In this document: piece by piece, positions 38,985 through 49,933 of the stretch
Position numbering within the stretch: position 1 is the first letter of the stretch
Layout: each line of letters begins with the position of its first letter
Origin: Owenia fusiformis
Taxonomy: Eukaryota
Reading direction: 5' to 3'
DNA length: 64,000 nucleotides
Assembly: GCA_903813345.2 (NCBI GenBank)
Contig: CAIIXF020000001.1
Location: forward strand, 20,956,001 to 21,020,000
The notes under the pieces: model-generated
What the model was told of the DNA's origin: nothing
The model's input: only the letters and a program-made list of their open reading frames with translations
The model's database searches: none
Position numbers and translations under genes: made by a program

Positions 38985-40415
38985 TCACAAAATCTCACTA
39001 CGTTCTTCTTCCATCTCACCAGATGTATCTTCTGAATCATATCCGTCAATAGACTCCTCATCGTTAAACATTTCATCAGCTATATAAGAATATTTGGCCA
39101 AAGTTTTTCTGATAGCTCTCGACAGAGACATGTCTTGATCAACTAAGAATTCAATTTCTTCTACTATTTCTCGATGTACATCGGCATCTTTGACTTCAAT
39201 AAATAACCTCAGAATTTCACCATAGTCATTTAAAAACTCAGATTTTGCTTTGGGATAAAGTTTTGCTTTGAGCTTTTGAGTAATTTCCTTCTCTGGTAAT
39301 TCCCTGGTAGTGTATTTTTCATACAAAGTGTCAGCTTCTTTTTTCAATACATCCAACACGTTCTGCTTCAGAGTAGAAAATGTATAATTTTCCTTCAAAT
39401 TTTCAGCATGGGGTTCATTTTTACCAGAGTCTTCATATTGGCAATATTTTTGATGTATGTCTGCATGTTTTGTGGTAATCAACACTGTTCCACAGTCTTT
39501 ACAATGGGGGAGATGTAAAACGGAGGGGTTTCTTAGAGTAACATCATCCATTGGACCTGGATACGTAGCATCCATCTGAGTTGGTTGAACAATGGTATTT
39601 GGTCGGAATTCCGACATATCTTGCCTCTGTTGAGCAGGGGAGCTCCCTGCCGTGTTATAAAAATGTTGAAATGATGTATATGGAACACTTTCTGCAACTT
39701 GCTGCAATGCATTAGGCTTAAGCCTCGAACCATCTTCAGTTTCTTGCTTCAGATCCACCACTAAGTAACCAAATGGATTTTCCGTAGCTTGTCTGTAAAT
39801 GTCAAGTAAAGTATGTGTCTTTCGAGGATACATTTGAGATGCCAAAACACTTATCTGTCTTTGATCCCTCGGGTTCTTGAATAGAACCAAGTAATGGCTG
39901 TTTAAGCTCATTGTTCTGCTTTCTCCATTGGGTGGGAAAATATTTTGTTGTAACGTGATAATGGATATATTTTTGTGATGAGAACCCGCTGTGTATAGCA
40001 ATGTAACTGCCTTGTTAAGGTCCGCCATGAGATCATCTATCACAACCAAATTGGTCACATTTCCATCGAAGTAATCGGGCTTCATCAAGTCATCGCAAAG
40101 TCCCATAACAAACTCGATATGAGGCTGTTTTCTCTTTATTTCTGCATACAAAGGCTGCCATTGTTTGAAGAACCATACTATTCTTTGTGGTGGTGGATTG
40201 ATTAATTGTTCGGCTCTATCAATAAGGTCGACAACATAGGTTGTCTTTCCACATCCAGTAGGACCTGCAACAATTTTAGTAAATGGATGCCTGAACTGTA
40301 TAGGTGAGTCGAGATCGAAGTTAGTCTCATCTTTTTTGTGAATGTTTCTCATATGTCTCAGAAGAATATCCTTCCTGGCAAATGTGCCAGAACACACAGA
40401 GCAAATATAATCCAT
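38985..40415 (-). CDS. Maverick/Polinton A32-like (FtsK/HerA) genome-packaging ATPase with N-terminal C2H2 zinc finger and C-terminal extension
   Basis: HPF..IVAGPTGCGKT (Walker A), LVVIDDLM (Walker B), GSHHKNISII.LQQN, YLVLFKNPRD, PFGYLVVDL; CSVC...HMRNIH finger; second CKDC...H...C motif; acidic tail. Confidence 0.92.
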   Translation of the reverse strand: MDYICSVCSGTFARKDILLRHMRNIHKKDETNFDLDSPIQFRHPFTKIVAGPTGCGKTTYVVDLIDRAEQLINPPPQRIVWFFKQWQPLYAEIKRKQPHIEFVMGLCDDLMKPDYFDGNVTNLVVIDDLMADLNKAVTLLYTAGSHHKNISIITLQQNIFPPNGESRTMSLNSHYLVLFKNPRDQRQISVLASQMYPRKTHTLLDIYRQATENPFGYLVVDLKQETEDGSRLKPNALQQVAESVPYTSFQHFYNTAGSSPAQQRQDMSEFRPNTIVQPTQMDATYPGPMDDVTLRNPSVLHLPHCKDCGTVLITTKHADIHQKYCQYEDSGKNEPHAENLKENYTFSTLKQNVLDVLKKEADTLYEKYTTRELPEKEITQKLKAKLYPKAKSEFLNDYGEILRLFIEVKDADVHREIVEEIEFLVDQDMSLSRAIRKTLAKYSYIADEMFNDEESIDGYDSEDTSGEMEEERSEIL

Positions 40416-40440
40416 GTTGCCACGTAGATGAGGTTGCGCT

Positions 40441-40475
40441 GAATGAATGAATCAAGCCTGCTTTTCACTTATATA
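40441..40475 (-). promoter_or_regulatory. Putative Pol II core promoter of the ATPase (TATA plus Inr)
   Basis: Minus strand TATATAAG followed ~25 nt later by TCATTCATTC, then GCAACATGG start context. Confidence 0.6.
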
Positions 40476-40522
40476 GTTTTAATACATCCCTCTGTTGAAT
40501 AAAATATGATAAAGGCACAAAA

Positions 40523-40534
40523 GGTGGCGGCGGG

Positions 40535-40589
<55 letters not shown>

Positions 40590-42256
40590 GCGGCGGTGGT
40601 GGCGGTGGCGGCGGCGGCGGGGTCAAAGAGTGCAAAAATCTGATCTGATTGATTGAAATGCTTCTGCAGCTCATTTGCATATACACTTTGATTGGTCGAA
40701 AATGTTCTGCTGTAAAACTGTTAACGTTAGCATTTTTTATTTATTTTGTAGGGGTTTATATTTTTATCAGTGGCATGTTAAATTAACAGATGCCTATTAA
40801 AGGGTGTTATTTTGTATAGTGGGTGGGTGTCTATTTTGTGAAAATGCCTTAAACTCCAAAAATTAGCAGAAATCGATCAACAGTTACTGAAATCGCCCAA
40901 ACGTGACACTTAAAAAATACTTTAAAATGACCCAGGAGTAAGAATCAAGTGATCATTTGGTAAAAGAATGCCTCAAACTCCAGGAATCACCAAAAATCAC
41001 TCAAGCGTAAAAATTGTAAAAATGCTCTTAAATGTATCGGGAGTAAGAATACAGTGTCCATTTGGTGATTAAATACCTCAAACTCAAGAAATAAGCAAAA
41101 ATTACTCAAGCGTGAAGATTGGAAAAATATTCTAAAATGACTCGGAAATAAGAAACAAGTGACTGTTTGGTGAAAAAATAAGCAGAAATTGATCAACAAT
41201 GACAATTTAAAAAATATTCTTAAATAACTCAGGAGACTTTTTGGTTATAAAACTTCAATACGGGTCTGAACTGGCATTTATAATTTTGATACTTTGATAC
41301 GGGTCTGAACTGGTTTAGTGGTGGAACATATCTCTAATTTGTCAAATTTCTACCATAATGTACTATGTTTGGTTAAAATAATTCTGCAAGTCATAATCTG
41401 ATTGTTGGAACATTTCTCTCATTGGTTGATTTTGCTGTTTTCTGATTGGATGAAAATATACTGTCCCCCGATTGGTTCAAACAGTCCATACATACTGTTT
41501 CCTGATTGGTTAAAATGATTCTGCATCTCGAAACCTGATTGATTCAAATATACTGTACTCTGATTGGTTAACATAATTCTGCAAGTTAAAATCTGTTTGG
41601 CTGAAATGGTTCTGCAGTTATCTTTTTTACTGTTTAATCAGTTTGTTATCCACCTTTGGTCTATAACCATGAAACATCCATGAAGTGGATAGATAGCTTA
41701 TCACATAGTCACCAGGTTACCTTAACAGTGTTTGTTTGATTATCTTATCAATTGAGCTCTCTCTTATCAGTTAACAGTAACCTTTGACCAGTTATATCAG
41801 TAACCATGTGACGTATGACATCATTTCTGTGCATTCAACTCAAACCTATGTTCTTTTATCAATATAACCTTTGTCCAGTTATATCAGAAACCATGGTAGT
41901 TATCTTTTCACTGTCTTATCAGTTTATTATCTCTCTCTTATCAATTATCAGTAACCTTTGGCCATCTTTTTCACTGTCTTATCAGTTTATTACCTCTCTC
42001 TTATCAATTATCAGTAACCTTTGACCATCTTTTTCAGTGTGATATCAGTTTATTATCTCTCTCTTATCAGTAACCTTGACCAGTTATATCAGTAACCATG
42101 TGACCTATGTCGTCACTTCCACTTCCGGTGCAGTCACTTCCGGTGCACCATCTTACCATGTGATCTATGACGTCACTTCCGGTGCACCACTTCCGGTGCA
42201 CCATGGTGTATGGTGCAGGTGCAGGTTGTAGGTCGAAAGGCCCGCCGTATACTACT
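40523..42256 (-). repeat. Right terminal inverted repeat, beginning in a (GGC/GGT)n microsatellite at 40523-40622
   Basis: Mirror image of 36680-38379. Confidence 0.95.
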
Positions 42257-43639
42257 CATAATGTCTCATAGACACATTACTCCCCCTCTTCGTTCAATTT
42301 AATTGTTTTCGATTATTTTTTATATAACGTATGGTAACGTATTTTACAAAACCAACGATGACAATAGTTTTGTGATGATAACGTCTCTTGAAAAAAATTA
42401 ATCTTCCAGGTTTGTTGAATTTTCTAGCGAAAATACTATTTGTCTCAGGGTTTGAATGTACCAATAGAAATGGGAACGTGTTGTTAACAACATCAGAACG
42501 TAATTCTGTTGGATACAAAGTAGTGTTTTCATGAACAACATAAAAATTTGATTAGAAAATAAAAAACGATAAAAAAGTTAAATGAGTTATAATTGGTCCC
42601 TAGTACTGTATCTCTTTGACATTCATTTCATCTAAATAAAGCCCTTTTTGCTCTTGAATAAAAAATATAAAGCATATTAATCGAAAGACGCCAATCGACT
42701 CTCAACTCAAGCGAAATAAATTGGATGCACATGTGCATAACTAAAGCATCTGTCCCATTTCATAAAATTATTCAATATAACAATCAAAACCAAGCATCTC
42801 TTGAAAGGGAGAGATGGACGTTTATTTCATGGTAATTCTTCGATTTTTAATTTTAGTGTATCTGGCAAAGGGGAAGTCCGATCCTTTTTTTAATTCTAAT
42901 TAATCTGGACTTTTTGCATGTTAAATAACAGTTATATTAATCTCCGATCGGATATCTTATTTCTTTATTCACAAAATAAAATATACAATTATACATTGGC
43001 ATGCTAAAAATAGCTACCAAGGTATTTATATCAATTATGAATGAACTTTATCATACCACGTTAAACTTTACGTCTTAACTTTTTATGATGTTCTTTTTAT
43101 GATTTTAGGTTTTTAACTCCATCACTTCAAATCCAATATGTCAATATTTGCAGTTAGTGATAGTTATACAGGAAAGTTAAAACGTAAACTATCTTTAGAT
43201 TTGGAATATGTTGAAGAAAGCAAAAAACAATCAGAAATATTCAAAAAATTTATTTTATGTCCATGGCACAATGGGCACGATTTTGACGAGTGTTTATCGA
43301 ATACACAGAATGGTGGCATTGGATTTGAAGAGAACTGATTAAATAAGATGTCATTGTTATGCCGCCTTGTGATAAAAGGCTATTTATGATAAAGCTCAAG
43401 AATAAAGTCCACAGTAATGCTAAATAGGGATTAGTCTACAAAAGATTTTATGAGATTCTAGCGAACTTGTAAAAACACTAATCCACTGAATATGAGGTTA
43501 TCCGAGCAACCATTCTAAACAACAAGTAATAAGAGGCCAAAAGGAACATGGCGAATACTATCACAGGATGAATATACAACCCAAAAGATGAACATGTAAA
43601 CATACACCATCTTAAACAACAGCAATAAAAAATTGAAGT

Positions 43640-44725
43640 ATGTATGAAGGATTTGGACATGCCCCTAGAGGGGTTACCAGGAGAAGTGGTAGAATAGCGA
43701 ACCAAACGTCTAGATTGTCCGCCTCGGAAGAGTTCGCCACGAAGTTCAGACAAAGGCCAACGACACAACCACGGGTGATAGGGTTTGACAATCTCAGTAT
43801 GAGGCCCCCAGAGAAAGTGTTAGTGAGAGGCGTATATGGATTCTTTCCACCCGTGAAGTTAAGAAATGGAAGTGGTACCAGCAGTAAAACGTCTCTTTCA
43901 AGTAGACGTTCACAGGATATCCAATTGGTATATGTTCGATTTCATTTTTCATCCTGTTTTAATTTCCATTTTCATAACGTTTAAGTACATGTAGCAAGAC
44001 TGTGATTTTAATCTGAAAAAACGTGTAACGAAGTCCTATAATGAGGGAACGACAATACGTTGTACCAGAGTTCAGACGAAAACGTACGGACGCACGGCCA
44101 TTTGCTATTTATAATAAAAATATTGCTATCGAAATGAATGTGGATAGTTAGATAAGTAAATGCAACTATATCTTAAGAATAGGCCAAGATATAATATAAT
44201 ACTATAGTATCAATCACTTTGCTTTTGATGTTGCAGGAAGGTCCCTCAATGGAGCTAGTTCCGCAAGAAACACAATCCCTCCCAGCCCCCTCAGTGGCAT
44301 CCAGGTCAAAGTCAGGTAAATCTCGCAAGTCTTCAAAATCTGCAGACGCTGGCCTAACTCACGAACCAACGGTTGTGTCTCCCCGTATGCGAGATAACGA
44401 GGACGACAAAGACAATAAAGAGCCAGCACAATCATCCATTCCTCACCTACCTCCAACCCCTGCTGCTGATCAAACTGCCAAAAGAGTTTATCCAAATATT
44501 GTGGATCCTGTTAATAAACCATTCTCAGACTTAAGTTTTCTACCAAGGCCCAAGAAAATGACAAATCGGAATAATTCTCCTTGGGTGTACAGGTTTAAGA
44601 TTAAAAAAGGAATGAATCAGCTTACAAAACTCATGAGTAGTAAAACACCAGGGATGATGACTGTGACGAATAGCACTACGCCAAGAACACCTAGAACACC
44701 AAGGACAGGAAAATCTGAAACTTGA
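43640..44725 (+). CDS. Uncharacterised basic, low-complexity protein, join(43640..43927,44237..44725), 258 aa
   Basis: Two ORFs join in phase 0 via ttg|gtatat and gttgcag|GAA; no domain recognised. Confidence 0.55.
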
Positions 44726-47606
44726 ACATGACTGGAACATGTAAAAATGGCAGAAACAAAAGCCCCGCTTGTGATATTATGGTGCAAATAACTTGGATTA
44801 TATAAATATCAGACTAGAAAATTAGTTTAAACATTTCTTGTTTGTTATGCTGTTAAAATGTTGTCACAAGTCCAATTTGTAAACTGCTTGAACATTTCTA
44901 GAAAATCAAGTGGGATAAATGAAACTTAGCTTGTTCTAACATTTTTTTCAAAGTGGAATACACGTTCATTTTTCAAAAATAGATTTACAAAATAGAACAA
45001 ATGATACCTTTCTAGTTATCAAAGTAAGACAAATGAACATTGTTTAAACATTATTTCAATTGGAAATGTTCAGTCTTAATAGTGGTTTTAATTGAAGTAT
45101 TGTTCAAACAGTTTCAAAAGAAGGACATGTGAGAACTGTTCAGGTTTTGTAAATGGAATCAACTTTTCAACAATTTCCAAAGTTGGGCAAATGAGAATTG
45201 TTCAGTTCACGGTTCAGTTTAAAAAGTTGAAAAGAGGTTTCATTGCTTCTTTGTTCCACTTTGGAGACTGTTTGAACATTTCTAATTTATTATATAGTTC
45301 ATCAACTTATCAATCTTATATTTTAATCATGTTGAAAACAAAACACTAATTGGATATTTCCCTGGTTTTGCAGAGTAAATGTAAAATCCTAAACACAATC
45401 GATATACATGTCGTGATACAAAATTCGAATTCAAACAGTCGCCATTTTGTTCACCTCAACATTTGAATCGTGAATTTTGGTCTTATTTCCTAACGAAAAA
45501 TTCCAAAACTCACAAGAAATGATCGAGATTGGTTGGAATCTTTTGAACTGTTTATTTTGAATTAATAGTCGGTTATAATATCAGAAAATAACAACATTTT
45601 TACGTTTTCATTGTTAGAAAATATCGAGTTTCGATCCTGGGAGCCAATCATTGAACTTTTCAAAATGCCGTTGTACTATCTAGAATGTGCTTTTTCAAAT
45701 ATAATAGGATGTATTTAGATCTTACTAGAAGAATGGCATTGGTAAAAGGACTCTATGTCTTGGTCTACTCTTACTAGGCTAAGTGGAACTGTTATCTGTT
45801 TGTATTGTCCGTCTACAAACTACAGTATTATAATAACCTGAATTATAAGGTGAAGATAGCTTAATGTATAAACCATGTAAACAATAATCTAGAGATAATA
45901 AACAAAATTGTAATGTAAACAACAATTACAAACACGTTTATTTTTTGTACATATGTAACTAGAATTCATAGGAAATAAATGAATTAATAAATGTAACATA
46001 TTTGTTCAATGTTAAATTGATGAATCAAAATCAAACTGGTCTGAGTTTAAAATACAAAATTTTATAGACATACAATTCAATAATTTCAACTGAATGTTGT
46101 GTCTACAATTCTGAAAGGTGATTATTTAAAGTACTTGTCAACATGAAATACTATACTCCTGATAATACATGTATTTGCTAATATTTCACTATACCTCCGA
46201 TTCATATATATTTTGTAATTTTCATAGTCAAGAAAAAACAACAAAACATGTCTCAAGCAATAGGCCCAGTACAGTAAGACCTTCATATACAATTCAGAAT
46301 TTGGCACTTTTCAATTTGGCAAGTTCACTTTTATCTAGGTGTTAACAATAATTTAATTTAGCAAATAGGCCTACTTGTGAAAATCCCTTAAAAATACCAT
46401 TAGTGACTGCTACATTGAGTAACAGTGTGAAGGTGTTCTGAGGAAGATTTCCATTGGCCACATGGTAGAGAACTGGTGAATTGCCAAATTAGGCACAAAA
46501 TAAAACAACTGACTGTAACAACAAGTAACTGCTTTTTCTATAAAAATTATTGCTTTAACATTTGTTAAGTGTATAATATTACATTGGTGAATCAAATGCA
46601 CAAGGGAATTTAAATTAAACAAATTATAACAATTTTTTTCAGATTGATACACCTAGTACCAAATATTTGCATAATATGTTCAAATTAATGTTCTAACAAG
46701 ATCCACAATTAATTAAGTAGACTTTGATACTAGCCTATAACATCAATTGAATTCTAGATTATTTAAATGTTCACTACAGTGAATCAAATTTTCTGCAATT
46801 TTTCTTAATTTTCTAACTTATACAAGTATGTCGGATACAATGTCTAAATAGATATACAATAAATAGCTATCTAGTATCTGAGGTATTTAACAGTAACAGC
46901 ACAATGTATTTCAAAAAGTTTATAGATTCAGGTGCAACAATTTTATTTGAACACCCTGTATATTTCATCATGTCTCATGATAAATGTACTTTCGTTTATT
47001 TACTTTCACATTTAGTATTGAACATTGCAGGTATATGTAACATATTATACACCAAATACAGTATATGCATTTATAAAAATTATAAATTTAGGTCAGTGCA
47101 AATAAATTCATCTAAAGTGTTTAACATTCCATTCTGCAATTAGCTTATTTTGAATGTCGAGATTGAGCAATTAAGGGAATGTTTTCTTTTTATAAAATAT
47201 CGAAGTATGCTGAAGGGATGAGATGAGTACTTTTTAATTTCAAAAAGGTGCAGAAAAAGCTACGATAAGGTTTGTAAATATATGCATGAGAGAATGTTAG
47301 ACACTTTATTTATCTACTTTTAAGAGGTGTATGTGAGTAATGCACAATGGCATAAATAACAAGAACAGTGTACATTTGAGAGAGTGCAAATTTAAGCCAC
47401 CAGTCATGCAAACATTTGTTGCGTGTGTATTGCGTAACACCTTTGCTAGTTAAGCGCTATTTCAACTGCAGGGTAACAACCCACACACACTCTCAAACTT
47501 AATAAGTGACATCCATGAGATGGAATGGAAGTAATAAAAATTGGCATTAGAGACATTTACCAAATCTGTAATAATATTCATATTGCTGATTTAAAAGGGC
47601 TCGGTT

Positions 47607-48870
47607 TCATGTTTTCTTTTCATCAGTGTCATCTGCAGCTTTGTCTTTATCTTTCATATCTTCAGTTTTATTAGTATCATTGGACTCAGAGACTTTATTT
47701 CCATTTGAATCTTTAGCATTTGGGCTTTTTGGTTCATCGTCATCTGTTACAGGAGTAGCATCTTTAGAGATATTGTTATGTATATTACTAATGTCAAGCA
47801 TTTCACGAAGTCCTTCATTTTCAATTTCAAGTTTTTGTATTTTTTCTAATTGAGATGCACCATGAGCATCATCGATAGCTACAGCCTTTTGCATAACTGC
47901 GGCCATTTCATAGATTTTGTCAATTTTTTCAAGCATTTGGTTGTTATCTTCAACACTTCCTGTTGGGCTTTTAGCTTGGTCCTGTTTGTTTGCCATGACT
48001 AGTTTAAGAATTTGTTCCCTGTATTTTGACATGACAAGTTCGAGTGCAGACTGGTGTTCCTCAAGGGAAAGACGGAGCTCCTTGTTCTCATGTTGGAGTT
48101 CACGGATTTGGCGATTTTCTTGTGCAATACCTGGAGAGTCAATGTTACAGTTTTAATTCAAATATAAAAAGTGCATGAAGTATTAAATCGTAACTGACTT
48201 TTAACAAATATAACCAGTCCATATTAATTTCAAACGTACTGTAAATAAATCGTATTAACTCTATTACTTAATTATTCCATAGTATGACATTTCACACTCT
48301 TTAATCAAGTAAGTCTTGTATGATATCTTGTAAGCTGCAGACACATGTCACACACTCTCACATTGAACAATTAATACAAGAATTTCAATTTATCTGTAAA
48401 TTGGACGTCATCTCAAACCCGAAGCAGTAGAAATTAGATTGAATTTTTAATTAGGCATTCAGACAATGATTTGTAGTTGCTTCAAAAATATTGTAGGAAG
48501 AATTCAAATTGCTGAGAGTGGATGTAACATGGGGCATAGACATATAAAATATAAAGGATATTGGGCCACTGTATTGGAGTCATTGCGCCTACGCTGACAT
48601 AAAAATGAGAGCCAATTGTCTAATATATAAATTATTAATAAAATCATAGATAAAAAAATGTGACAAACCTAACACAAGGGTGGATCGAGGTCTATGCCTA
48701 GCCACCTGATTCAATTGTTGAATCTCCTCTTCATAAGTTCTCATAGCATCTATCCGTTTATTCAATGTGTGGGCCTGAGAAATCAGTGTGTCAGCTGAGT
48801 TGTCGTGGTCCTTCAGCCTGTCCACCAACATCTTAGCATCACACAACACTTTCTGTATTGTTAGTGACAT
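47607..48870 (-). CDS. FGFR1OP2: FGFR1 oncogene partner 2 / SIKE family coiled-coil protein, join(48669..48870,47607..48130)
   Basis: MSLTIQKVLCDAKMLVDRLKDHDNSAD...ARHRPRSTLVLG|IAQENRQIRELQHENKELRLSLEEHQSALELVMSKYREQ...IYEMAAVMQKA...LEIENEGLREML; 5'UTR exon donor near 49598. Confidence 0.9.
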
Positions 48871-49933
48871 CTGGAATTTGAAGGGAAAATTAAATCTCTT
48901 TTTCCAAGGTATCATATTTGAAATCAGGGCAAAGATACCAAATTTTGACACGGTTACTTTATTTTTGAGTAACAATTAAATCACGCCCAGTGATCGTACA
49001 AAATGGATGGAGGGGGGATTAGGCGATTTCTGCAAGAAAACTCAATAAATCTGGAAGAGAAGATTTACAACTGAATTGCCATACGAGTGCACTAATGTAC
49101 CTAAAAAAATATTTTTTTCACTGAATTTTCTTGTTTTTTATACATTTTATCTAAACATTCTTCTCTACATTCTAGGTACCTTAGTGCATGTATGTTGTGC
49201 AAAGGTGAGAGATGTAGAAATTGTGGGGAAGGAGTGATTTAAATTTGAAAAATAACATGTTACCCTATTGAGGGTTGCAGCAAAATTCCGAACATCACGC
49301 ATTTGCTTCAAACTTTCATACTGGTCATTAGAAACATGGTGAATATCATGTCACTTGCTTATTTTTAAGGTCAAAGTTGTCATTACTGTCATAGAACAAA
49401 AGTGGACGACTGTAGGCCTAAAACAGTCTCACTTGCTCTCCTCTCTCAGGTCATAAATTTCATGAAATTCAAATGCAAGTATAGATGATCTCTACAAAGC
49501 TGGAGTAACAAGTAATATGACTGCTTCATTTATGACAGTTAGATTCGTGTAAGAACAGAAATACGTCAAAAATAGTGGAGGAAATAAAAAATACTTACTT
49601 TTCCAAAATTTGTGAAATTTTAATTTTATATGTCGGACTGAAGAAATTTTATTCAATCATTGGTCAGAGCTATGACTCACCAGATATATTGTATATGCTT
49701 AATGTTGACTAAGGCATTAATGTTGCCTATTAAAGAGGATTTATTTCTAGAAATTATTGGTTCAATTGAAATCTTGTAAACATATGTATTTTGATCAAAT
49801 AATAAGATAAACATTATTTTATTATTCAAACTAGCATGTGCCGTTTCATGGATAGACCTATTTCTACAGCTGATAAGTTGCACTTTTATCTACAATAATA
49901 TGGAATCTTGATGGTATAGACAAAGTTAGAGCG

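Larger units (their letters stand above)
36680..42256. mobile_element. Non-autonomous mini-Maverick/Polinton (5577 bp)
   Basis: Termini AGTAGTATACGGCGGGCC / GGCCCGCCGTATACTACT; perfect 6-bp TSD CATAAT (36674-36679, 42257-42262); ~1.7 kb TIRs; Polinton-type packaging ATPase inside. Confidence 0.92.

Noticed and set aside
39975-39990. GSHH instead of GRH at the ATPase arginine-finger position as a sign of inactivation
   Set aside because: GSHH is, to my knowledge, common in Maverick ATPases, so it is not evidence of a dead enzyme.
40465-40686. Poly-proline ORF
   Set aside because: Translation of the (GGC)n microsatellite at the TIR boundary; the mirror copy differs and there is no other coding signal.
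36909-42024. Pairs of identical small ORFs (36909/41815, 37728/40987)
   Set aside because: By-products of the inverted repeats, in low-complexity motif arrays.
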